Assembly: GCA_018268105.1 (NCBI GenBank)
Contig: JAFDXG010000108.1
Span: forward strand, 6,619 to 70,618
From: Bacteroidota bacterium
GTDB lineage: Bacteria > Bacteroidota > Bacteroidia > Chitinophagales > Chitinophagaceae
Reading direction: 5' to 3'
Length of the DNA stretch: 64,000 nt
Positions 50,541 to 61,932 of this stretch are shown here, piece after piece (positions within the stretch are counted from its first letter, which is position 1; the number at the start of each line of letters is the position of its first letter). A program made the translations under genes and the position numbers. Below the pieces are notes generated by a model. That model was not told the origin of the DNA. It saw only the letters and a list, made by a program, of their open reading frames with translations, and searched no databases.

Positions 50541-50581
50541 TGGGCAATGGGCTGTGGGTGACACTTATAGCCCATTGCTCA
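50541..50581. repeat. REP-like perfect hairpin
   Basis: TGGGCAATGGGCT-N15-AGCCCATTGCTCA forms a 13-bp stem with one G-U pair. No T-run follows it. It lies between the methyltransferase gene and pntAA. Confidence 0.7.
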
Positions 50582-50632
50582 CTGCTCAAAGCTCAGACTT
50601 TATAATTCAAGAAAAAACTTTACATTCAATTT

Positions 50633-51757
50633 ATGATTGCCGGAATATTAAAAGAACCAACAGGGGAGAACAGGGTATCTCTATTGCCCGAGCAGGCAGT
50701 AGTCCTCATAAAAAAAAATGTACAATTAAGAATAGAACAACAGGCTGGAGTAAACGCATTTGCTGATGACGCTGTTTATGAATCTGCATCGGTGGTTGTT
50801 CAAACGAGGGACAAAGTATTAGAAATATCAGATATTATTTTATCTATACATAACCTAAGTGAAGATGAAATAAAGCGATTGAAAAAAGGAACTTTACTGG
50901 TTGGCATTTTTCAGCCACTATACAACAGGGGATTGATGGATGCATACGCTGCAGCAGGTCTTACCGTATTTAGCATAGATATGCTGCCTCGTACTACCCG
51001 TGCCCAAAGTATGGATGTGCTAAGCAGCCAGGCAAATATTGCAGGTTATAAAGCGGTGCTGCTTGCTGCAAATCTTTTTAGTCGTTATATGCCGATGTTC
51101 ATTACGGCTGCAGGTAGTATTGCACCTGCAAAAGTACTGGTACTTGGAGCCGGTGTTGCCGGTTTACAGGCAGTAGCTACTGCAAGAAGGCTTGGAGCAG
51201 TAGTAGAGGTTTTTGATACACGCCCGGCGGTAAAAGAAGAAGTAATGAGTCTGGGTGCAAAGTTTATTGAAGTGGAAGGAGCTGCGGATGCCAGTAAGGC
51301 CGGGGGTTACGCTGTAGAACAATCGGCAGATTATAAACAAAAACAGGAGCAGAAAATAGGTGAAGTCATCAGCCGGTCGGATATTGTTATTACCACCGCC
51401 CAAATACACGGGCGTCAGGCGCCGGTGTTGATTAACCGGCAAATGCTTGAATCCATGCGTAAGGGATCAGTAATAATAGATATAGCTGCAGCAACCGGAG
51501 GTAACACAGCGGTAACCAAAGACAATGAAACAGTATTGTTTAATGGCGTGAGCATTGTTGGTATTTCAAATCTGCCATCGGCCATGCCGGCAGATGCCAG
51601 CAAATTGTATGGCAAAAATCTGCTTAATTTTTTGTCATTAATACTTGATAAAGACGGTAATATTGTTCTGAATTTTGATGATGACCTGGTAAAAGGCACT
51701 TGTATTTGTCATGACGGACAGATTGTGAATGAACATTATAAATCAATGTTGAAATAA
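50633..51757 (+). CDS. pntAA: NAD(P) transhydrogenase subunit alpha, part 1
   Basis: 374 aa with an alanine-dehydrogenase-like fold and VLGAGVAGLQA. Confidence 0.88.
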   Translation: MIAGILKEPTGENRVSLLPEQAVVLIKKNVQLRIEQQAGVNAFADDAVYESASVVVQTRDKVLEISDIILSIHNLSEDEIKRLKKGTLLVGIFQPLYNRGLMDAYAAAGLTVFSIDMLPRTTRAQSMDVLSSQANIAGYKAVLLAANLFSRYMPMFITAAGSIAPAKVLVLGAGVAGLQAVATARRLGAVVEVFDTRPAVKEEVMSLGAKFIEVEGAADASKAGGYAVEQSADYKQKQEQKIGEVISRSDIVITTAQIHGRQAPVLINRQMLESMRKGSVIIDIAAATGGNTAVTKDNETVLFNGVSIVGISNLPSAMPADASKLYGKNLLNFLSLILDKDGNIVLNFDDDLVKGTCICHDGQIVNEHYKSMLK

Positions 51758-51783
51758 AAGTCTACACCATTTAAACTTCTGAT

Positions 51784-52104
51784 ATGCAAAATTTTCTTGA
51801 ATGGATTTCGCTGCATCAACAAATTATTTATATTGTTATTCTGATGATTTTTGTGGGGATAGAAGTAATAGGACGTGTGCCGGCTGTACTGCACACTCCT
51901 TTGATGAGCGGTGCCAATGCCATACACGGAGTTGTTATCATTGGTGCAATTATAGTAATGGGAAAGGCTGAAAATGGAAATGATATTGCCCTGGTTCTTG
52001 GCTTCCTGGCTGTAATATTAGGTACCCTTAATGTGGTAGGTGGTTTTGTTGTAACCGATCGGATGCTTGAGATGTTTAAAACAAAAAAAACAAAAGAAAA
52101 ATAA
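51784..52104 (+). CDS. pntAB: NAD(P) transhydrogenase subunit alpha, part 2 (membrane part)
   Basis: 106 aa with 3 TM helices and the VPAVLHTPLMSGANAIHG motif. Confidence 0.85.
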   Translation: MQNFLEWISLHQQIIYIVILMIFVGIEVIGRVPAVLHTPLMSGANAIHGVVIIGAIIVMGKAENGNDIALVLGFLAVILGTLNVVGGFVVTDRMLEMFKTKKTKEK

Positions 52105-52113
52105 TTCCCTCAA

Positions 52114-52743
52114 TCAACTGAGATGTTCAGGAAGGGGAATATTTCTGCTATATTCGTCAGCGATGGGAGAAAGTTTTCTTGTTTCCATCGGAATAATTCC
52201 TGACCATATTGGCAGTTGAATATCCTCCTCATCGTCAATTGGCATACCCGTGCGTATTTTTGCTGCAGCCTGGTCAATATCAAAAGCAAGTACTGTTGTT
52301 TTATTTATTTCTCCTTCTTTGATCTGACGTAAATATTCCCAGCTTTGGGGAACCATTTTATTGATGAGCCACTCAAAAGCATTTTTTTTCATTTCTATAT
52401 CTTCTATTAGTTCTGCGGTTGAAAATAAGATTACCGAACGATAATTGACAGAATGATGAAATGCTGACCTGGCTACTACCAGTGCATCCATAAGTGTAAC
52501 GGATATACAAACCGGTAATCCCTTTTCAATTGCTCTTATAAAATGGCTGCCAACTGACCCGTGGATATAAATTTTGTCATCATACCTGACAAATGCAGTA
52601 GGTATGGCAAATGGCTTATTGTCTTCTACATAGCTGATAGTACAATGCAGGGCTTCATCAAGGATATTGTAAATGGTTTTTTTATCGGTGTCCATCCTTT
52701 TCGCCAGCCGGCTTGGCATTAGCGGGTTGGTATTTTTTGACAT
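52114..52743 (-). CDS. Pyridoxamine 5'-phosphate oxidase family (flavin-binding) protein
   Basis: 209 aa with the pattern ILDEALHCTISYVEDNKPFAIPTAFVRYDDKIYIHGS, typical of PNPOx-like split-barrel proteins. Confidence 0.7.
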   Translation of the reverse strand: MSKNTNPLMPSRLAKRMDTDKKTIYNILDEALHCTISYVEDNKPFAIPTAFVRYDDKIYIHGSVGSHFIRAIEKGLPVCISVTLMDALVVARSAFHHSVNYRSVILFSTAELIEDIEMKKNAFEWLINKMVPQSWEYLRQIKEGEINKTTVLAFDIDQAAAKIRTGMPIDDEEDIQLPIWSGIIPMETRKLSPIADEYSRNIPLPEHLS

Positions 52744-52864
52744 AAAATTTTTTTATAAAATTATGCTATAATATAAGAATACCTTAAACTTTGATAGGGT
52801 TAAAACAAGTGACGCCCCAGGTTTTTCAAATCATCTTTTTGCTGTAGGTTTGTAAAAAAAATAA

Positions 52865-53449
52865 ATGAAGAAGCTTTGTTATACCATTTGTGTTGTTTTA
52901 CTTGCTGCCTGCGGTGGATCAAAACCAACAGATAATAATGTTGAAGCAGTTACTCAGGTGCAGGAGAAATCCAGTTTATTGCCCGAAGCATTTAATGCAT
53001 CATTTGATAAATTGCTGCATGACTATTATGCACTTCGCGATGCCCTTACCGCTGATGATACTGCTGCCGCAAATACTGCAACTGCATCTTTGATTGAAGC
53101 ATCTGCTGCAGTGAAACTGGATGAGCTAAAATCTATTGATACGACCAATATTATTATACCCACTGCTAAAACTTATACTGATGGGATTAGTGCTGAGGGA
53201 AAAGGGTTGATAAGTAAAACAAAAATTGACGATAAAAGAAAGTCTTTCCAGATGATTTCTGCCGGGTTGTTTGACCTGATCAGAACGGTACGATATGATA
53301 AAGAAAAAATATACCTGCTGCACTGTCCTATGGCATTCGATAATGCAGGTGCTGACTGGTTAAACAATGCGAAAGAAATTAAAAATCCTTATTTTGGTAA
53401 AAATATGCTTACCTGCGGAGAAGTAAAAGATTCAGTAGTATTCAGGTAA
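52865..53449 (+). CDS. DUF3347 domain lipoprotein
   Basis: It has a lipoprotein signal (LLAAC) and the C-terminal HCPMAFDNAGADWL motif characteristic of DUF3347. Confidence 0.6.
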   Translation: MKKLCYTICVVLLAACGGSKPTDNNVEAVTQVQEKSSLLPEAFNASFDKLLHDYYALRDALTADDTAAANTATASLIEASAAVKLDELKSIDTTNIIIPTAKTYTDGISAEGKGLISKTKIDDKRKSFQMISAGLFDLIRTVRYDKEKIYLLHCPMAFDNAGADWLNNAKEIKNPYFGKNMLTCGEVKDSVVFR

Positions 53450-53459
53450 GATGAGTTAA

Positions 53460-54053
53460 TTATTTTTCGTTTGCAGGCTCCTGCAATTTTTTATGCAGTG
53501 AAAGAACCTGTGGCAATACAGGTTGTATTTCATCATTATATACTATAAAATTGCATAGGCTCATTTTTTCATCCTCATCCATTTGCTGCTGTATTCTCTT
53601 TAATACATCTTCCCGGCTGATATTATCTCTCAGCATGGTACGATGTATCCTTAGCTCAAGTGGTGCAGAAACTCCAATTATATAATGCAGATATTTGTCT
53701 GATCCGCTTTCAAATATTAAAGCAGCCTCTTTTATAGCATAAACAGAAGTTTGCTTCATCATCCATTCTTCTGCGTCGCGAATGGTGGCTGGATGTACCA
53801 GGCTGTTTAACTTTGACAGTTTTTCCTGGTTATGAAAAACTTCTCTGGCAAGATATTGTCGGTTCAGTTGATTACCGGTATATGATTCTGAACCAAAAAA
53901 GGAAATGATTTGTTTACGGAGTTCAGCATCAGTGCCCATTAATCTTTTGGCGGCAGCATCGGCATAGTATACAGGCACTCCCAGCATTTCAAAAATACGG
54001 GCAACCGTGCTTTTGCCGGAACCAATTCCACCTGTTAAACCTACTCGGATCAA
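53460..54053 (-). CDS. coaE: Dephospho-CoA kinase
   Basis: 197 aa with the P-loop GLTGGIGSGKST. Confidence 0.9.
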   Translation of the reverse strand: MIRVGLTGGIGSGKSTVARIFEMLGVPVYYADAAAKRLMGTDAELRKQIISFFGSESYTGNQLNRQYLAREVFHNQEKLSKLNSLVHPATIRDAEEWMMKQTSVYAIKEAALIFESGSDKYLHYIIGVSAPLELRIHRTMLRDNISREDVLKRIQQQMDEDEKMSLCNFIVYNDEIQPVLPQVLSLHKKLQEPANEK

Positions 54054-54143
54054 AATTTAATTTTAAGCGTTTATATAAACCAAAAATCCGAAATCCTGTG
54101 TTTTTGCAGGACTCCGGATTGGTATCTTTTAAATAATAGGCAA

Positions 54144-54479
54144 TTACTTCTTATCAGTGGTAGCACCAGAGTTTAATTGCTTGCTCCATTCCATACTCAC
54201 TGCGCTTTTTTCAATACGAAGATAGCTGCCAGGGCTAACTTCAAGCGAAAGGGTATTATCATCATTTACTTTGTCTATCTTACCATGAATACCGGCAATG
54301 GTAACTATTTTATCCCCTTTTTGGAGGTTATTTTGAAAGTTTTTTGCATCCTTGGCTTTCTTGGTTTGCGGACGTATCATAAAGAAATAAAACACGGCAA
54401 TGATACCTACCAGCATGATCATTTGCATCATTTGGGCATTACCCTGGGAACTTTGAAGTAAAATAAAATAATTGCTCAT
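54144..54479 (-). CDS. yajC: Preprotein translocase subunit YajC
   Basis: 111 aa with a single TM helix followed by FFMIRPQTKKAK and GDKIVTIAGIHGKI. Confidence 0.85.
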   Translation of the reverse strand: MSNYFILLQSSQGNAQMMQMIMLVGIIAVFYFFMIRPQTKKAKDAKNFQNNLQKGDKIVTIAGIHGKIDKVNDDNTLSLEVSPGSYLRIEKSAVSMEWSKQLNSGATTDKK

Positions 54480-54501
54480 ATTGCTTGTTTAAATTGTTGA
54501 A

Positions 54502-54948
54502 CTAACTTTTTTTATTAACGGTTACTGTAAATTTTAAGCTGTGACTTTCGGGTTGAGTATTTGAAATTACAGTTATGGTTTTATGATTTAGCCCCTGTTT
54601 GTTCTCACTGTTAAATATTGCTTTAATGACCCCCTCCTTACCCGGCGCTATGGGTTCTAATGGTTTTTCGGCAACAGTACATCCGCAGGAGGGCCGCACA
54701 TCTTTAATTATAAGCGGGTTTTGCCCCGTATTTTTAAATCTGTAAGCAATTTCAATTTTTTCTCCTTCTGTAACAGCTCCTTTATCAAAACTGGAATCAA
54801 TCCATTCCACTGTTGTTAATGTTGCCGGGTCTGTTGTTGCAGATACTGCAGGAGCAGCTTCAGGCGAAACTGTTTTGCTTTCCGGTTGATTACATCCCGC
54901 AATTATGACAGCGGTTATCAGCAATAAAGAATAAAAGTACTTTTTCAT
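54502..54948 (-). CDS. DUF1573 domain protein
   Basis: It has a lipoprotein signal from ATG 54948 and VRPSCGCTVAE with the surrounding DUF1573 pattern. Confidence 0.7.
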   Translation of the reverse strand: MKKYFYSLLLITAVIIAGCNQPESKTVSPEAAPAVSATTDPATLTTVEWIDSSFDKGAVTEGEKIEIAYRFKNTGQNPLIIKDVRPSCGCTVAEKPLEPIAPGKEGVIKAIFNSENKQGLNHKTITVISNTQPESHSLKFTVTVNKKS

Positions 54949-55054
54949 TGAAATAACTTTGGGGTGCAAATGTAAGTATTTTACCAGTTCATCCTTATTG
55001 ATTTTGCTCATACTTTCAGGTATACAACTTATCCGCATTTGGCAGTAAAAGCTA

Positions 55055-55978
55055 TTAAGATTTTCTATGTGATACCTTGTGCAGCTTATCTTGTGTAAGA
55101 AGATCTTTGTGGATACTATCTAATATACCGTTTACAAAATGACCGCTTTGAGGGGTACTATATTCTTTGGCAAGGTCTATATATTCATTGATGGTAACTT
55201 TTGTCGGAATGGTGTCAAAATACAAAAACTCGCAAACACCCATTTCCATCAGTATCATATCAAGTACTGCAATTCGTTCTGCATCCCAGTTTTTCAATTT
55301 AGGTTTTATAAGTTCCTGGCATACTTGTTTTTTGTCAATCACGGATTGCAGCAGATCTTTTGCAAACTTTCTTTTTTCGGCGCCAAGCATATCCTGAAAA
55401 TCACAATAAGGTTTTTGCAGAAAATTCATCACCAGTTGGTTCATCATTTCGGCATCGTCATCCCAGTGGATAAAGTTATCTTCCATCTGGCTAATGAAGT
55501 TGTCATTGGCCATCATCAGGTCGGTAAAAATAAATTCGAGGATACTTTTTTCTGATTTCCTGTTACGTTCCTGCAATGATGTATATTCTTTGTACACCTC
55601 GGATTCGCACAGTTGAAGGTAAGTTTTACGGATTAGTTCATCATTGTTCCATTGCTGGGGTTTGATTTCTGCTACGGCTTTCTGATAGGAGGGATCATCC
55701 AAAACTTTCCAGATGATTTCATTACCGGCTATCTTTATATTCACATTCAGGTCTTCATGAGAGGGGAGATGTTTGGAAGCCCTGATTTTGGCATCAGTCT
55801 CTGCATACTGACCCACACGGATGATATGATACAGGAGATATACAAATATCTGCCTCGACTGTTCTAAATGCTTATCTAATAATTTACTGCTTTTTCCGTC
55901 ATACGCTGTTACTTCTGTTGTTTCAATGGTATACAGCGTCTGCATCACTTTTACCCTTATATTTCTTCTGCTTATCAT
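55055..55978 (-). CDS. nusB: Transcription antitermination factor NusB (long Bacteroidota form)
   Basis: The C-terminal NusB pattern W..ERIA.LD..IL..GV.E......P..V.INEYIDLAKEYS...SG.FVNGILD is present. Confidence 0.8.
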   Translation of the reverse strand: MISRRNIRVKVMQTLYTIETTEVTAYDGKSSKLLDKHLEQSRQIFVYLLYHIIRVGQYAETDAKIRASKHLPSHEDLNVNIKIAGNEIIWKVLDDPSYQKAVAEIKPQQWNNDELIRKTYLQLCESEVYKEYTSLQERNRKSEKSILEFIFTDLMMANDNFISQMEDNFIHWDDDAEMMNQLVMNFLQKPYCDFQDMLGAEKRKFAKDLLQSVIDKKQVCQELIKPKLKNWDAERIAVLDMILMEMGVCEFLYFDTIPTKVTINEYIDLAKEYSTPQSGHFVNGILDSIHKDLLTQDKLHKVSHRKS

Positions 55979-56274
55979 CTTTAAAGAACTGTTATGGGGC
56001 GCGAAGATAGGAAATTTTAATAATGCAGTGCTTAGCAGGTGGTAACGGGTGTATTAAGGATTTTTGTTGCTGGTAGATGAGTTTTTAAATGCAGGCCTGC
56101 AGATTTGGCACATGATTATTGTGAAAAATCTGACAACTTTTTCAATTAACAACCCAATAATATGGAAAACTGAAATTTTTTCCGGCATTGTCGCTTTGGC
56201 ATATATTTCGTATACCTTTGGCAGCCTTAAAGATTTATAAAATCAATCTTTAACCAACAAAAAAATCATTTATT

Positions 56275-56556
56275 ATGTCTAAAAAGTTCAATGTAACTCC
56301 CCTTCATGACAGGGTGATTGTGAAACCCGCTCCTGCCGAAGAAAAAACTGCCGGGGGCATTATTATTCCTGATACAGCAAAAGAAAAACCACAGCGTGGT
56401 ACAGTAGTAGCTGCCGGGCCCGGAAAAAAAGATGAGCCTGTTAGTGTAAAATCAGGCGATACTGTTTTGTATGGTAAATATGCCGGTACAGAAATCACTA
56501 TTGACGGTGCTGATTACCTGATTATGAGAGAATCAGATATTCTTGCAATTGTTTAA
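56275..56556 (+). CDS. groES: Co-chaperonin GroES
   Basis: 93 aa with [10 protein letters not shown]...GGIIIPD. Confidence 0.97.
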   Translation: MSKKFNVTPLHDRVIVKPAPAEEKTAGGIIIPDTAKEKPQRGTVVAAGPGKKDEPVSVKSGDTVLYGKYAGTEITIDGADYLIMRESDILAIV

Positions 56557-56603
56557 TAAATTTCTGCAAGTAGTTGTACATGAGGCATATAAAACCCTCA
56601 GCT

Positions 56604-56629
56604 AAAATTTCAAATTAAAATTTCAAATT
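56604..56629 (+). repeat. Perfect tandem 13-nt repeat just upstream of the groEL start
   Basis: AAAATTTCAAATT occurs twice and ends 9 nt before the ATG at 56639. Confidence 0.85.
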
Positions 56630-56635
56630 AAATAG

Positions 56636-58276
<1,641 letters not shown>

Positions 58277-58315
58277 TCCTTACATCTTTTTCGATTGTAA
58301 TACATCGAATCTATT

Positions 58316-58347
58316 ATCCCGCTCCATTGGAGCGGGATTTTGTTTTT
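58316..58347 (+). terminator. Rho-independent terminator of groESL
   Basis: ATCCCGCTCC-ATT-GGAGCGGGAT (9-10 bp stem) is followed by TTTTGTTTTTATT. Confidence 0.8.
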
Positions 58348-58428
58348 ATTATATTTGAAATACAATGTATGACTTTCTTGTTGGTTGCTAACACCTGTAG
58401 ATGTTTTAAGTAAATAATCAGTTTGTCT

Positions 58429-59256
58429 ATGAGAGTCTTTGTCAAATATGTCATTTACCTGGTTCTCAGCTTATTTTTTGTACATCAAATCAAAGCCCAG
58501 GAAAGCGTCGAAAAGAGAAATCGAAAACAAAAACAAAAAAAACATATTGTACTGCCCTCGGTTTCTCAGGCTTTGCTTGATAGCATAGCAGGAAATATGG
58601 TTTGGGTAACAGGGGGTAGTTTTATCATGGGTAACAATAATAGTGACATAGATGAACGACCGGCATACGAAGTGGTAATTGACGGCTTTGCAATGAGCAG
58701 ATATCCCCTTACCCAGCGGCAGTGGACAGCCATAATGGGGTACAACCCAAGTGATTTTCCCGGTTGTGATCAGTGTCCTGTAGATAATGTAAGCTGGAAT
58801 GATGCGCAGTCATTTATTGAGACACTAAACGAAATTACCCGAAAGAAATACACCTTACCAACCGAAGCAGAATGGGAATATGCTGCCAAAGGCGGTAAGG
58901 AAGGATCATGGAATTTAAAATATGCTGGCAGTGATGATATTGATAGCGTAGGCTGGTATACGGGGAACAGTGCGAGAATGCCTCATCCTGTAGGACTAAA
59001 AAAACCTAACGCACTGGGACTATATGATATGTCAGGTAATGTATGGGAATGGTGCCAGGACTGGTATGCAAAATTTTATTACGAACAGAAAATAAGTAAT
59101 AATCCCACCGGGCCTGCATCGGGATCTGGCCGTATAAGAAGGGGAGGGTCGTGGTTTACCCAGGCCTCAAGTTGCAAAACAACTACACGTAATAATGTTA
59201 AACAGGATTATTTTGATAATATCGGCGGATTTCGCCTGGCACAGTATCCAAATTGA
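58429..59256 (+). CDS. Formylglycine-generating enzyme (SUMF1/FGE-sulfatase domain) family protein
   Basis: It has a signal peptide from ATG 58429, plus NVSWNDAQ, GNVWEWCQDWY and RRGGSWF motifs. Confidence 0.8.
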   Translation: MRVFVKYVIYLVLSLFFVHQIKAQESVEKRNRKQKQKKHIVLPSVSQALLDSIAGNMVWVTGGSFIMGNNNSDIDERPAYEVVIDGFAMSRYPLTQRQWTAIMGYNPSDFPGCDQCPVDNVSWNDAQSFIETLNEITRKKYTLPTEAEWEYAAKGGKEGSWNLKYAGSDDIDSVGWYTGNSARMPHPVGLKKPNALGLYDMSGNVWEWCQDWYAKFYYEQKISNNPTGPASGSGRIRRGGSWFTQASSCKTTTRNNVKQDYFDNIGGFRLAQYPN

Positions 59257-59375
59257 CTCCCGGGTGATTGACAGCGTCTCCCTGTATAGGATAATAGTGA
59301 TTAGCGAAAAATGAAAAGTGAATAAAATTGTACAATCACTGTAACAATACTATTATTTGTAATTTCGCCGCTTAT

Positions 59376-60686
59376 ATGAAAACAAAAACACTTCGTAAAG
59401 ACAAAGTGAATATTATCACACTAGGCTGCAGTAAAAACCTGGTGGATAGTGAGGTATTGAGCGCTCAGCTTAAAGCAAATGATATTAATGTAGTTCATGA
59501 AAGCAGAAAACATGATCATAATATTGTTGTGATAAATACCTGTGGTTTCATTGATAAAGCGAAAGCAGAATCAGTTAATACAATACTTGAACATGCAGAG
59601 CTGAAAAAGCGCGGCAGCCTGGATAAACTTTATGTAACCGGGTGCCTGAGTGAGCGCTATCGTCAAAACCTCGAAGAAGAAATCCCTGAAGTTGATGCCT
59701 GGTTTGGCACACTTGAATTACCGCAAATCCTTAAGCAATTTGAAGCAGATTATAAATCCGAACTAATTGGAGAACGTATGCTGAGTACACCAAAGCATTA
59801 CGCATATCTGAAAATTTCTGAAGGCTGCAACCGCACCTGTTCATTTTGTGCAATTCCACTGATGAGGGGCACCCATATCAGTAAACCTATTGAACAATTG
59901 GTGTATGAAGCTGAACGACTTGTACAAAAGGGAGTGAAAGAAATTATGCTGATTGCTCAGGAATTAACCTATTATGGCCTTGATATCTATAAGAAAAGGG
60001 AATTATCGCGATTGCTGAATGCACTGGCTGATGTAAAAGGCCTGGAATGGATAAGATTACATTACGCATACCCATCTAAATTTCCTTTGGAAATTATTGA
60101 TGTAATGAAAGATCGTCCTAATATCTGCAACTATCTTGATATACCGTTGCAACACAGCAGTGATAAGATGCTAAAAGCAATGCGGCGCCAGATTACACGC
60201 TCCGAAATGAACGATCTGATCAGTGAAATCAGAAATCGTATTCCAGATATATGTCTTCGCACAACGCTAATTGCCGGTTTCCCGGGCGAAACACGGGAGG
60301 ATATTGAGGATATGAAATCTTTCCTTCAGGAACATCGTTTCGATCGTGTAGGTATATTTACATACTCACATGAAGATGGCACTACCGCTTATGAACTAAA
60401 GGACGATATTGATCAGGAAGAAAAAGAACAGCGGGCACAGGAAGTGATGGAAGTACAACAGGAAATCAGCTACGAAAAAAACCAGCAAAAAGTCGGGAAA
60501 ATTTATAAAGTGCTTGTAGATAAGAAAGAAGCTGGTCGTTACCTCGGTCGAACAGAATTTGATTCTGTGGAAGTAGATAATGAAGTGATTATTCAATCCT
60601 CTGTAAAAATACCGATAGGCGAATTTGCGAATGTAAAAATTACAAAGGCCTATGATTTCGATCTCGAAGCAGAAGTAGTTATATAA
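59376..60686 (+). CDS. rimO: Ribosomal protein S12 methylthiotransferase
   Basis: It has an N-terminal MTTase domain (LGCSKN), radical-SAM CNRTCSFC and a C-terminal TRAM domain. The start is taken at ATG 59376. Confidence 0.92.
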   Translation: MKTKTLRKDKVNIITLGCSKNLVDSEVLSAQLKANDINVVHESRKHDHNIVVINTCGFIDKAKAESVNTILEHAELKKRGSLDKLYVTGCLSERYRQNLEEEIPEVDAWFGTLELPQILKQFEADYKSELIGERMLSTPKHYAYLKISEGCNRTCSFCAIPLMRGTHISKPIEQLVYEAERLVQKGVKEIMLIAQELTYYGLDIYKKRELSRLLNALADVKGLEWIRLHYAYPSKFPLEIIDVMKDRPNICNYLDIPLQHSSDKMLKAMRRQITRSEMNDLISEIRNRIPDICLRTTLIAGFPGETREDIEDMKSFLQEHRFDRVGIFTYSHEDGTTAYELKDDIDQEEKEQRAQEVMEVQQEISYEKNQQKVGKIYKVLVDKKEAGRYLGRTEFDSVEVDNEVIIQSSVKIPIGEFANVKITKAYDFDLEAEVVI

Positions 60687-60766
60687 ACAGTGTATCGGGA
60701 AAAGGCTCTCCACTGATTTCTTTCCCCTTTCATATACATTCTTTATATTTAGTATAAAGTCAGCCC

Positions 60767-61822
60767 ATGGAATATCCGCATTTCAGGTTTTATATACGGC
60801 AGGATATACTCAGCCTTACACGATTGCGCCGCTATGAAACAAAATTGGGTGAATGTTTGCAAACTATTAATAGTACTGCACTTTCAGAAGCGATTACAGA
60901 TTCTAAAGCCAAATTTGTATTGCTTGGAATACCTGAAGATATCGGAGTTATAGGCAACTACGAAGCAGGTGGAACCGATACATTATGGATGCCTTTTCTT
61001 CAATCTTTTTGCAACTTACAGAGTACGGATATCTTTACAGGAGAAGAGGTGCTGGTGCTTGGACATTTCGACTTTTCGGATGTTAAGGCTTTGATCCATA
61101 CGAATGCAAAAAGCCAGGACGAGATGATAGATGCCTGCAGGCATGCTGTGGCCAATATTATTGATACAGAAGTGGAAGCATTGGTAAAGCTGATTTCGGC
61201 AACAGGAAAAACTCCAATAGTTATAGGCGGAGGGCACAACAATGCCTACCCATTGATTAAAGGAACTGCCAAAGGGTTAAACAAAGCCGGAATGATGAAC
61301 AATGCCCAAATCAATATAATTAATGCTGATTTCAATGGTGGATATGGACATACAGAGGGCCGGCATAGTGGAAACAGCTTCCGGTATGCAATGGAAGAAG
61401 GCTTTCTGAAAAAGTATGCAGTAATTGGACTACAGGAAAACCTTAATAGCCAGCGAATGCTTGATGAGCTATATAGCAATATCAATATCCAGTATAGTTT
61501 CTTTGAAGACATAAGTGTGCGGGAAAAACTAAATTTCCGGCAGGCAGTGGTACAGGCAATTAGTTTTACGGAAGAAGGTTTTACCGGAATAGAGCTGGAT
61601 CTCAGTTGTATTGAGCACACTCCCGGTAATTCTGGAGGAGTTTCAGGCTTTAGTATGTTGCAGGCAAGACAATATGTTTCTTTTGTTGCCAGTTATGCCC
61701 AGGTAGTATATCTCCATATCTGCGGCGGTACATCTCTAATAACAAATGGACAGATAGATACCTCATCTGCGAAACTTATTACAGAATTGGTAAGCGACTT
61801 TATTAAATCAGGCAATGGCTGA
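60767..61822 (+). CDS. Arginase-fold (formimidoylglutamase-like) protein with non-canonical metal-ligand motifs
   Basis: 351 aa. The family layout is recognisable, but the motifs read GGGHNNAY, IINADFNGGYGH and IELDLSCIEH rather than GGDHS, DAHxD and SxDxD. Confidence 0.65.
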   Translation: MEYPHFRFYIRQDILSLTRLRRYETKLGECLQTINSTALSEAITDSKAKFVLLGIPEDIGVIGNYEAGGTDTLWMPFLQSFCNLQSTDIFTGEEVLVLGHFDFSDVKALIHTNAKSQDEMIDACRHAVANIIDTEVEALVKLISATGKTPIVIGGGHNNAYPLIKGTAKGLNKAGMMNNAQINIINADFNGGYGHTEGRHSGNSFRYAMEEGFLKKYAVIGLQENLNSQRMLDELYSNINIQYSFFEDISVREKLNFRQAVVQAISFTEEGFTGIELDLSCIEHTPGNSGGVSGFSMLQARQYVSFVASYAQVVYLHICGGTSLITNGQIDTSSAKLITELVSDFIKSGNG

Positions 61823-61932
61823 TCTGACAGCAGTGGGCTGTGAGCATTGAGCAAGGTTATGGTCAATGTACTGTGGACTATAAAAAAAACTATAGCTGAA
61901 ATCTTGTAGCCCATAGCTCAAAGCTACCTCAT

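Noticed and set aside
50527-50766. A 79-aa ORF overlaps the REP-like hairpin and the pntAA start.
   Set aside because: It runs through a perfect hairpin and out of frame over the well-supported pntAA N-terminus, and it has no motif.
56108-56200. A sigma-54-like TGGCAC and a TTGGCAT box lie upstream of groES, and I also looked for a CIRCE-type operator.
   Set aside because: The spacing to a -12 GC element does not fit TGGCAC-N5-TTGC, and no TTAGCACTC-N9-GAGTGCTAA inverted repeat is present.
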